Shown here piece after piece: positions 1 through 8,638 of a stretch of DNA of 25,448 bases. Within the stretch, counting starts at the first letter, position 1. Each line of letters opens with the position of its first letter. Origin of the DNA: Pseudomonadota bacterium. GTDB taxonomy: Bacteria > UBA10199 > 2-02-FULL-44-16 > JAAZCA01. The translations under genes were made by a program, and so were the position numbers. The notes below the pieces were generated by a model. It did not search any database. It was not told the DNA's origin and saw only the letters and a program-made list of their open reading frames with translations. The stretch spans positions 1 to 25,448 of the forward strand of contig JBDRBN010000051.1 of NCBI GenBank assembly GCA_043822785.1, read 5' to 3'.

Positions 1-166
1 TCCTTTTGAATTAGAATATTTTGAGACGTTTGAGAGCAAACGCGAAGCGGAATCGCGGGAAAAGTTTTTTAAATCCAAAATTGGTTATTTTAGATTAAAT
101 GAGAATATATTGCGGGGTAGAGCAGCCCGCCCCAACGACTCCCTTTGGGAGTCGGGGGCTTGGTAG
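1..166 (+). CDS. GIY-YIG nuclease, upstream tandem copy (5'-partial at window edge)
   Basis: Bases 1-129 are identical to 359-487. The frame reads ...FELEYFETFESKREAESREKFFKSKIGYFRLNENILRGRAAR, then continues through a 33-nt insertion (PNDSLWESGAW) to TAG at 164-166. Confidence 0.85.
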   Translation, partial: PFELEYFETFESKREAESREKFFKSKIGYFRLNENILRGRAARPNDSLWESGAW

Positions 167-231
167 CTCGCAAGGCGTCTGAAAGACGCCGCAGCCCCCG
201 GCCGAAGGCCGTGGGGTCAGGCTCATAACCT
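111..231 (+). pseudogene. Interrupted 5' half of tRNA-fMet (acceptor 5' strand, D-arm, anticodon arm) with two hairpin insertions and no T-arm or 3' end
   Basis: TGCGGGGTAGAGCAGCC-[33 nt]-TGGTAGCTCG-[46 nt]-TCAGGCTCATAACCT matches 469-510 once the inserts are removed. It is followed directly by ATATG of the next ORF. Confidence 0.9.
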
Positions 232-233
232 AT

Positions 234-540
<307 letters not shown>

Positions 541-545
<5 letters not shown>

Positions 546-586
546 AAAAGAAAGGGTCCCTTTTGGGGCCCTTTTCCTTTTTGGTA
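541..586 (+). terminator. Long hairpin/terminator immediately after the tRNA
   Basis: TACCAAAAAG-AAAGGGTCCC/GGGGCCCTTT-...-CTTTTTGGTA inverted repeat with T-runs. Confidence 0.7.
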
Positions 587-686
587 AGGGGGTTGTTGTA
601 TTGAAGCGACTTGGTTCTGATCATCTGAAAAGCGACATTGAAAATTGGAGATTAGATGTTGTACACTAATAAAAATGGAGGTTGTC

Positions 687-1430
687 ATGACAAAACGTTA
701 TATTCCTTATCTAGCAATCCTTACGATTATCGCCATCATTGCGATCTTTGTGTATTCAACACGCTCTTCAACAGCCCGAACAGATAAAACGCTAACAAAA
801 CAAAAAGTGGTTAGAGTAAAAACAGCGCCTGTTGGGGATTGTAATCAAGATGGCAAAGTCGACGTTGACGATTTGTTGCTGCTCTTGGATGTTTTGCAAG
901 AAGGCGGTCCTAAACCTGATGTAAAAATAGTGAGGGATAAACCATTAGGTATTGGTTCAAGCGATGTTAATGATGATGGGGTTATTGATGAAAGCGACCT
1001 TAGAGAAATATTGATTCTTCTGAACAGATCCAAAGAAACTCAAAGAGCCAAACCAGTGCAAGAAGAAAAAGTTGTGAAGTCCGATAAAGAAATCACCATT
1101 GTATATCCAAAACAAAAAGACATTGTCTTGACTAAAAGCGCTAAAGATCGAGTTCTGCAAGGTTTGTTTGTCAGAGGAGATGCAAATAGCGATGGATATA
1201 TAACGCTTGATGATTCGATTTATATAATGAGTTACATAAAGGACCCAAATTCCGTAAAGGTGAAATGCGAAGACGCACTGGATGTTGACGATAATGGTGA
1301 GCCTAATATTGATGACGCAATTTATTTGTTGAATTTTCAAGTTGCAGCTGGCCCCCAGCCTTTACTGCCATTTCCGGAACCCGGCATAGATCCTACACCC
1401 GACAATCTGGATTGCCCTACAAAACCCTGA
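687..1430 (+). CDS. Membrane-anchored or secreted protein with two dockerin-like (Ca-binding) domains
   Basis: ATG at 687 has GGAGG upstream. Hydrophobic N-terminus. Paired DxNxDG loops: GDCNQDGKVDVDD/SDVNDDGVIDESD and FVRGDANSDGYITLDD/DVDDNGEPNIDD, with a C-terminal PFP..G.DPTPD.L.C tail. Confidence 0.8.
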   Translation: MTKRYIPYLAILTIIAIIAIFVYSTRSSTARTDKTLTKQKVVRVKTAPVGDCNQDGKVDVDDLLLLLDVLQEGGPKPDVKIVRDKPLGIGSSDVNDDGVIDESDLREILILLNRSKETQRAKPVQEEKVVKSDKEITIVYPKQKDIVLTKSAKDRVLQGLFVRGDANSDGYITLDDSIYIMSYIKDPNSVKVKCEDALDVDDNGEPNIDDAIYLLNFQVAAGPQPLLPFPEPGIDPTPDNLDCPTKP

Positions 1431-1449
1431 TATTTCAATCGACATTCTA

Positions 1450-4400
1450 GTGCCCATGGATAATATCGCGCGAATGTTACGCGAAAAACGCCTAAAAGAA
1501 ATCCGTTCTAATCCCGGCCGCGGCGGATGCGGCATTCTGGGCATAGCTGAGCTAAGCTCTGGCCCTTCGCATGATCTAATTCAAAAGGCCGTCAGCGGCC
1601 TAATCGCTATGGAACACAGGGGCGGATCGCTGGAAGGCACAGGCGATGGCGCAGGCATACTCTTTAGGCCTGAAAGAAGTTATTTCGAGCGTTTCTTAGC
1701 ACCTGGGCGCGGTCTCCCCAGTTCAAAAGAACCTCTGATAGTGGGCACGATCTTTTTCCTTCACGGCGAACGCAATATCCACAATCTCAAGCGTGAGATC
1801 GATGTCATTCTTCTTCGCGAAGGGCTTGCCCCAATGGGATGGCGAAAGGTTTCGGTTAACAAAAGCGCGCTTGGCAAACTGGCCCAGGAGGATGTGCCGG
1901 AGATATACCAGTTATTTGTGGCAAAAGGCCACAGGCGTGAGTCACAGCTCTTTGATCTTTTGCATCGCGTGAAGGTTGTGATCGAAGATCAGATCCCTGG
2001 CATTGTAAACGTCGTCTCACTTGCACCGTACACCACGGTATATAAAGCTCTGTCCACTGCAAAACAACTCATATCTTTCTATCCTGATTTGAACGATCCT
2101 GATCTTGTGACTAGGGTGGTAGTGGGGCACAGGCGTTATTCTACAAACACGTTTTCAAACTGGAATCTTGTCCAGCCTTTCCGCCATATTGCTCACAATG
2201 GTGAAATAAATTCGATTACTGCAAACTGCCGCGCAGTGCGCGATGCAGAATGTGCAATCAATATTGGCGATACTTTGATGAACCACGGCAGCGATTCCGC
2301 ACAATTCGACAGAGTTGCAGAAATGATAGCTGCAAACGGAGTGGGTAGCATTCATGAGGCAGTGCGAAGGATGATGATGCCTGCATGGAATGAGATGCCG
2401 TGCACAGACCAAGAACGTAAGTTTTTTGAGGCCAACAGCAGGGCCATGGGCACTCTTGGAGCGTGGGAAGGGCCTGTCGCCATAGTAGGATCAGATGGTC
2501 TTAATCTATTCGGTGCGGTCGATCGAATGGGACTTAGACCGCTTCGATATGTAAAAACCTCATCTGGTCGAATTATCATTTCAAGTGAGATCGGTGCGGT
2601 TGAGGCTTGCCCAGATGAGCTCATCTGTGACGGCCAGCTTGAACCAGGTGACATGATTATCGCAGATCTTAAAACTGGCGAGTTGATTTTGCCAGAGTCG
2701 TCTACACAGAGCATCATCAAACGAACAGGTTTTAATTTTGAAAGCCTTTCTACTGTGGATTTGCATCCGCTAAAGACTTGCATGCCACGCGAGCCCCTTC
2801 CAGCTCGTACCCTGAATGCATTTGGCTGGACAACCGAGCGCATTAGGATTCTCAAGGAGACTGTCAATAGAACAAAGGAGCCGATATATGGCATGGGCAA
2901 TGATCGGCCTCTTGCAATATTTAGCGAGAATCATTCACGGCTCTATAGTTTCCTGCACCAGATCGTGGCTGTGGTTACAAATCCACCAATTGATCCCATA
3001 CGTGAAGGTGGCGCAATCGACACCACTGTATATCTTGGTCGGTCGCCTATCATAAGCAGAACCAGCAGTTACAAATCATGGCCCCAGTACAAACTCGATC
3101 ATCCAATTTTGACCAATGAAATGCTTGAAGCGCTTTTTTCTTCTGAAGTGTCTGAGCTCAGAGCACACAGGCTTGATGCCACTTTTGCAGATACGGGGAA
3201 TTCTCGTGAGATCGTGCGACGTATACACGATCTTACGGATGAAGCTCTTGAAGTCATAAGATCACATAAAGCAACGATCTTAGTGATTTCTGATTTTGAG
3301 GCTACAAAAGGCAGCCGCCTTCCTCTGCCAATGCTTCTAGTCATAAGTGCGCTTCATCAGGCTTTAGCTGAAAACGGACTGCGCCGTGATGCAAGCATCG
3401 TGGCAGAAACCGGTGAGGTCCACGAAGGACACGATGTGGCAATTCTTTTGGCGTATGGCGCCACAGCTGTGAATCCTTATGCCATGTTTAATGTGGCAAA
3501 GAGCGTTTCAGGATTGCTGCCTGAACAGGCAGTGCAGAATGTTGTAAGCGCAATTGTGTGCACGCTAAAACGCGTGATGTCAAAGATGGGCATTACCACT
3601 TTTACCAGCTATCGGGGTTCAGCCCTGTTTGAAGCAATAGGCATTTCATCTGATGTCGTAGAATACTACATACCTGATACAGTTTCTCGGTTGGGGGGCA
3701 TAACCATAAGCGATATATATGATGATATTGTCGCACGCTTCTCAAATAAAGATGAGGCGGTTTTGAAAAATAGAAATGTTTCCGTATATCGCAAAGAGGT
3801 GGTCGATGCCCTTCAACTAGTGGCACGACATGGAAATGCGCAAGGGGATTATGACCGCTTCTTCAAACTCCTTGAAGAAACGCCGCCTGTTTATCTTAGG
3901 GATATGCTAGAATGGCGTTTAAATAATGATGCTATATCAATAGATGGGGTTGCGAGCGTAAATGAAATTATAAGAACGACAGTTCGCGGGGCTGCCATGT
4001 CCCACGGCGCGCTCAATGCAACCGCGCATCGCGCCATAGCTGCAGCGTTTAATCACTTTGATTCCTTTTCAAACTGCGGTGAAGGAGGCGAGGATATCCG
4101 CCGCAATCCCAAGGGTGAATGGGAAAAGGATCGAAGCAAGAGCAGGCAAATCGCTTCGGGCCGGTTTGGCGTGGATGCAACTTATCTTGTGAATGCTGAT
4201 GAGATAGAGATTAAGATCGGGCAGGGTGCAAAGCCGGGCGAGGGAGGACATCTGCCCGGCCACAAGGTGAGCGCAGATATCGCGCGAATACGCAAGACGC
4301 AAGAAGGAATAGATCTGATCAGTCCGCCTCCTCATCACGATATCTACAGCATTGAAGACCTTGCGCAGCTGATTACAAATCTCAGGCAGCTTCATCCAAA

Positions 4401-5790
4401 AGCAACCATATCGGTCAAGGTGCCGAGCATAACAAAACTGGGCACAATTGCCGTGGGGATCGTAAAAGCCGGTGCGGATGTCATAGTGATAAGCTGCTTT
4501 ACCGGCGGCACAGGTGCAGCCAGCTCAGGAAGCATAATACATGCAGGCCTTCCTTTGGAAAGGGGAGTGAGCGAGGTGCACCAGTACCTGGTTGCCAATG
4601 GAATACGCGCTCAGGTTTGCATACGGGCAGATGGTGGAATCAAGTCAGGTCTTGATGCAGCCAAGATCATGGTACTGGGCGCAGACGAAGTTACTATAGG
4701 TACGCCTCTTCTAGTTGCGGAAAACTGCGTGTATTGCAGGGGATGCAACAAAGGCAACTGCCCTGTCGGAATCGCAACTCAGGATGTGACAAAACAGAAC
4801 GAACGATTCATGCGCCGCGCTGTAAACGAGACCAACAACAATACAACGACTGGTTCAGAGAGTTATGAGCAGGCAAAAGAAGGAGTGATCCGCTACCTGG
4901 AATGCTTTGCCAATCATCTAAGAGAGATTTTGGCAAGTCTCGGTTTCAAACATCCAAGTGAGCTTGTGGGGCGTGTCGATCTTCTAAAACAGCGCATATC
5001 AGGTAATGCGCGTTGGGATTGCCTTGACCTCACAGAACTCGTGTTGGATTTTTACGAAGATTCAAAGAGTGCAGCCAAAAAAGTTGCCCGGCCGGAAAGA
5101 TCTGTTTCAAAGAAAAACGAAAAAATCAGACTTGCGACAAATTCGATAAAACTAAATCTCAAAAACAGCGACCATGCCATAGGTGCAACCCTGGCAGGCG
5201 AGATTGCCAGGAATGGAAACAGAGGAAAGGTTGAAATCATCGCAAAAGGATTTGCCGGTCAGGGTTTTGGTTTTTGCGCAACTACCGGCATGTCCCTAAG
5301 GCTTGCAGGATATGCCAATGATTGTGTTGCCGAGGCAATAGGAGGGGGGGCAAAGATCGTTATTATTCCTCCGCATCGTCTCAAGACGCATGAGCCTTCA
5401 CATTTGATCGGCAATGCTGCAGCCTATGGTGCAACAGGCGGTACACTGTTTGTCGCTGGCAAGGCAGGTCAGCGGTTTGGCGTTCGCAACTCAGGAGCCA
5501 TCCTCGTGTGTGAAGGCGTTGGTAAATATGCTTTTGAATACATGACCGGCGGAGTGGGCGTTGTATTGGGGCGATGTGGGCCATGCGTGGGATCTGGAAT
5601 GACCGGCGGCGAGCTCTATCTTTATGACCCCCAATCTCAACTGCCCAGCTGCCTCCACCCTGATAAGGAGAAGGCGCTTAAGGAAATCCTTATAGATTTC
5701 GTTAAACAGACAGAAAGTAAGACTGCTAGTAAGATCCTTCAGAATTGGCTGCAAGAACGATCCAACTTCCTGTACATATGCCCAAAGTAA
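1450..5790 (+). CDS. gltB: Glutamate synthase large subunit
   Basis: N-terminal CG nucleophile, MEHRGG..GDGAG, HRRYSTNT, HNGEIN, VTNPPIDPIRE, QIASGRFGV, EIKIGQGAKPGEGGHLPG, ISPPPHHDIYSIEDLAQLI, Fe-S cysteines, and C-terminal GXGXG repeats (RFGVRNSGA, EYMTGG). Confidence 0.96.
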   Translation: MPMDNIARMLREKRLKEIRSNPGRGGCGILGIAELSSGPSHDLIQKAVSGLIAMEHRGGSLEGTGDGAGILFRPERSYFERFLAPGRGLPSSKEPLIVGTIFFLHGERNIHNLKREIDVILLREGLAPMGWRKVSVNKSALGKLAQEDVPEIYQLFVAKGHRRESQLFDLLHRVKVVIEDQIPGIVNVVSLAPYTTVYKALSTAKQLISFYPDLNDPDLVTRVVVGHRRYSTNTFSNWNLVQPFRHIAHNGEINSITANCRAVRDAECAINIGDTLMNHGSDSAQFDRVAEMIAANGVGSIHEAVRRMMMPAWNEMPCTDQERKFFEANSRAMGTLGAWEGPVAIVGSDGLNLFGAVDRMGLRPLRYVKTSSGRIIISSEIGAVEACPDELICDGQLEPGDMIIADLKTGELILPESSTQSIIKRTGFNFESLSTVDLHPLKTCMPREPLPARTLNAFGWTTERIRILKETVNRTKEPIYGMGNDRPLAIFSENHSRLYSFLHQIVAVVTNPPIDPIREGGAIDTTVYLGRSPIISRTSSYKSWPQYKLDHPILTNEMLEALFSSEVSELRAHRLDATFADTGNSREIVRRIHDLTDEALEVIRSHKATILVISDFEATKGSRLPLPMLLVISALHQALAENGLRRDASIVAETGEVHEGHDVAILLAYGATAVNPYAMFNVAKSVSGLLPEQAVQNVVSAIVCTLKRVMSKMGITTFTSYRGSALFEAIGISSDVVEYYIPDTVSRLGGITISDIYDDIVARFSNKDEAVLKNRNVSVYRKEVVDALQLVARHGNAQGDYDRFFKLLEETPPVYLRDMLEWRLNNDAISIDGVASVNEIIRTTVRGAAMSHGALNATAHRAIAAAFNHFDSFSNCGEGGEDIRRNPKGEWEKDRSKSRQIASGRFGVDATYLVNADEIEIKIGQGAKPGEGGHLPGHKVSADIARIRKTQEGIDLISPPPHHDIYSIEDLAQLITNLRQLHPKATISVKVPSITKLGTIAVGIVKAGADVIVISCFTGGTGAASSGSIIHAGLPLERGVSEVHQYLVANGIRAQVCIRADGGIKSGLDAAKIMVLGADEVTIGTPLLVAENCVYCRGCNKGNCPVGIATQDVTKQNERFMRRAVNETNNNTTTGSESYEQAKEGVIRYLECFANHLREILASLGFKHPSELVGRVDLLKQRISGNARWDCLDLTELVLDFYEDSKSAAKKVARPERSVSKKNEKIRLATNSIKLNLKNSDHAIGATLAGEIARNGNRGKVEIIAKGFAGQGFGFCATTGMSLRLAGYANDCVAEAIGGGAKIVIIPPHRLKTHEPSHLIGNAAAYGATGGTLFVAGKAGQRFGVRNSGAILVCEGVGKYAFEYMTGGVGVVLGRCGPCVGSGMTGGELYLYDPQSQLPSCLHPDKEKALKEILIDFVKQTESKTASKILQNWLQERSNFLYICPK

Positions 5791-5892
5791 ACATGATCTT
5801 CTTTTTTTCTTGCTATTGACCTCTATTTTTTATACGACTCCGTCCTTTAATTTTTACCTCATAACCCATTAAAAGAGATAGAGGTTTTTAGC

Positions 5893-6378
5893 ATGTACGC
5901 AATTAATTTATATCCGGGCTTAACAATGGCTGGCGTTATTGGATCAGTTGGTCTCCTTAACGTTCAAATTTCATTTAACGCTATAAACGCTTTTCAGGAT
6001 CCTGGTACCAGAATACCATTTAGACCCATTGGTGGAGAGGTGGGTAAAAGCCTCAGTCGTTTTGCTGAGCTTATGTTTGGCAATATTCCTTTTACCTGCG
6101 ATACAGCTTTGGAAGAAGCCGAAAGGATAATGAGATTAGCAGTGGATAGCCTAAAGAGCCCTAACATCGGCAGATCTCAGACTGCTATGGTGAATGGATG
6201 GAATACTCAGTTTTATAGTTTTCCTCATTCTCTGTGGCAAGATCAGAGATATTTGGTTCTTCGCGCTTGGTGTAGAACAAAAGGCGAACACGACAGGGAT
6301 ATTATGTCTGCATTAGATCCTATGCTTAGAGGGGTACGCGCACTTTTTAAACAAATCATAAGTGAAGAAAGCGATTAG
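5893..6378 (+). CDS. Hypothetical protein (161 aa)
   Basis: Fills the gap between gltB and the convergent gene; GAGG RBS upstream; no recognised motif. Confidence 0.7.
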   Translation: MYAINLYPGLTMAGVIGSVGLLNVQISFNAINAFQDPGTRIPFRPIGGEVGKSLSRFAELMFGNIPFTCDTALEEAERIMRLAVDSLKSPNIGRSQTAMVNGWNTQFYSFPHSLWQDQRYLVLRAWCRTKGEHDRDIMSALDPMLRGVRALFKQIISEESD

Positions 6379-6385
6379 AATAATT

Positions 6386-8563
6386 CTATCTGCGCTTCAA
6401 GATAAACCTTTTGCCTGACAAAAGTTCCAATTGATCCCGACAGAAGCCGCCGCATCTGGAATATCTGAGCATGGCCAGGTCTCTTTGTTTTTTTCCTGAC
6501 CTGTAGATGTGGGCGATAATCGATTCATTTAATATATGTGGTTGAAGCCTAAGCGACAAATAGCAGACATTTACAGCCTGCGCTTTGTCCTCGCTCAATA
6601 TCATATCAACAATTTGCTGATAGACATCCTCATATCCCAATTTTAAAAGCGCGATCGGAACTCCCCTTTGCAATTCCTTTCTCTTGCTTGACAGCAATTT
6701 TCGCAGAAAATCAATTTGACTCGTATCTTGCACCTCTCCTGCAGCATATACTCCACTTATTACTTTCCCAATGCTCTTGGAATGAAGCATATCATGTAAG
6801 GATTTTCCAACATCATCCCTGACTTCCGGATATTTCCAAAGAGCGATAATACAATTTGCCCGAATACGTGGAACTCTATGTCTTAAGAATGGAATAAGGA
6901 TGGAAACAACGCCAGGATAATCCACGTAATTTAATCCTTCTATGGCATTTGCTACGGTTCTATCGTCCTTGTCCTTTAGTGCATTGGTAATAAAGTCTAC
7001 TGTCATTTCAAATGAACCGTTCAGGATCAAAAGCTTAACAGCCATGGATCTCAGCACGTTGGATGCCTTAGAGCTACAAGTGCGCTTTAGGTTTTCGAGC
7101 AGTTGAAATTGCAGGAAAGGGTCTAGACCACGAAAATCGATGGCCTTCACGTAGTTCAAAATAGCAATCTTTAGAGGATCAATATTTGTAGTATCAAGTA
7201 GGTTTAAAACAGTAGGTGCTGGTTTTGTACTCCCGAGGCTTGCGAATGTATTCAGGATGCTGATACGCTTTTCTAAAGCTGTCTCATCGTTGATCAATAA
7301 ATCAATGAATCTATCATATCCGTCTTTCTCCTCTAGCATATCAAACAGTGCAATGGCATTATCCTGTTCTTCGGCAACTTTGCTGTATAGAAACCGTAAG
7401 ACTTCTCTGACATACCCCTCACGCGATATATACCCTACTAGAACAAAACCAATGGAAAGACCTCCAAAAACCCAAAGGACAAAGGGTGATGGAATGATGA
7501 ATACGAGTCCGACGCAGGCAGTGCCCACTGGCATGGCAAGGATTTCAGCCATCAATCTTATCCGATCCCGTTGAGTCGATGGATAAAGGCCAAATACCGT
7601 TGACAGAGCCACAGTCACAAAACTGCCGTCGATCAAATCAAAGACAACAACAACCACAATGGCCAGGGCAAAGAAATCACGCGCCAGATAAACACCACCG
7701 ATCGCAGAGGCAATGATGCTCGATGCGAATAAGACGCTTCCCAACCTTAACCATCTCACAATTCTTGGATAGACCGCTGCAGAGAGAAACGAGGACAGTA
7801 CGGCAGTGCATAAAGTTATGATGCCATAGAGTGCTGTCAGGTTCACACCTGATTTGTCGAAGGTGGTGCCAGCCAGTGTCCAGAAGGAATAAAAGATCAG
7901 TCCCCATAGGAAAACCCATAACGTTAGCCTGGGCACCAGCTTATAGTGATGGAGCAGCTGGAATAAACTGACGCCCTCTTCGCCCCTGTGCTGCTCTGCT
8001 TTTTGCACGGCCTCTGTCTTAGAGAGGGCCACCAAATAAATTCCCACTGCCAGGACAAGGAGTTCGCCTACGAGCCATGCCGTGTAGTAGTGTGTTTTGC
8101 CGAGACCAAAATGCGAAGCTATGGCAAACAGAGCGCCTAGGAAGACCCCTATCTCTGTGGCAGCCCCCATCCAGGGGAAGAGACGCTTTGACTCAAATGG
8201 GGTGATAAAGCTTGCAGCTAAGGCCCAGTTATTAAAGTAGATTAAAATGCCCAACCCCATCAGACAGAGAAAGACCAGCTGGGCCTGTAAAGTATCTTTA
8301 TGGGCTGCCAAGCAAACTGCTGCAACGATGACAAACAAAACATGCAAAGAGATAAATCGGTTTAGGGTGGAGAGCTTTTTGGAGAAATATATTAATGTCA
8401 GGATAGTCGCTATGGATATGAGCGCAGAATAACCATAATAAAAGCCTAGCTTGTCAGCACCGATGATTTTGATGAGCTGGTCAAGGGCAAAGCAGGTGAT
8501 GGATGTCCGAATAATGTTCGAGAGGACAAAGATGAGAAAAAGGGATTTCTGTGTTAATGTCAT
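6386..8563 (-). CDS. NTT/TLC-like MFS transporter fused to HEAT repeats
   Basis: About 12 hydrophobic segments in the first ~385 aa, with NNW...FESKRLFP..G (NTT-like R/KRLF motif). C-terminal HEAT repeats (ALKDKDDRTVANAIEGL, LRHRVPRIRANCIIALW). Confidence 0.75.
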   Translation of the reverse strand: MTLTQKSLFLIFVLSNIIRTSITCFALDQLIKIIGADKLGFYYGYSALISIATILTLIYFSKKLSTLNRFISLHVLFVIVAAVCLAAHKDTLQAQLVFLCLMGLGILIYFNNWALAASFITPFESKRLFPWMGAATEIGVFLGALFAIASHFGLGKTHYYTAWLVGELLVLAVGIYLVALSKTEAVQKAEQHRGEEGVSLFQLLHHYKLVPRLTLWVFLWGLIFYSFWTLAGTTFDKSGVNLTALYGIITLCTAVLSSFLSAAVYPRIVRWLRLGSVLFASSIIASAIGGVYLARDFFALAIVVVVVFDLIDGSFVTVALSTVFGLYPSTQRDRIRLMAEILAMPVGTACVGLVFIIPSPFVLWVFGGLSIGFVLVGYISREGYVREVLRFLYSKVAEEQDNAIALFDMLEEKDGYDRFIDLLINDETALEKRISILNTFASLGSTKPAPTVLNLLDTTNIDPLKIAILNYVKAIDFRGLDPFLQFQLLENLKRTCSSKASNVLRSMAVKLLILNGSFEMTVDFITNALKDKDDRTVANAIEGLNYVDYPGVVSILIPFLRHRVPRIRANCIIALWKYPEVRDDVGKSLHDMLHSKSIGKVISGVYAAGEVQDTSQIDFLRKLLSSKRKELQRGVPIALLKLGYEDVYQQIVDMILSEDKAQAVNVCYLSLRLQPHILNESIIAHIYRSGKKQRDLAMLRYSRCGGFCRDQLELLSGKRFILKRR

Positions 8564-8638
8564 GGTCGGATATTAGCTCATTTTTCCTTGTCAACCAACC
8601 CCATATTTTATACGAAAGCACCTCTCTGAGAGGTGCAA

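Noticed and set aside
174..183. GGCGTCTGAA resembles the Neisseria DNA uptake sequence
   Set aside because: One mismatch, noticed only once, and explained as a hairpin arm.
645..686. TTG start for the dockerin protein
   Set aside because: ATG 687 has a GGAGG SD and puts the hydrophobic segment at the N-terminus.
546..6378. Prophage or integrative island downstream of the tRNA
   Set aside because: No integrase or phage genes, and no direct repeat of the tRNA 3' end was seen in the window.
8564..8638. Lysine riboswitch upstream of lysAC
   Set aside because: The intergenic region of about 70 bp is far too short.
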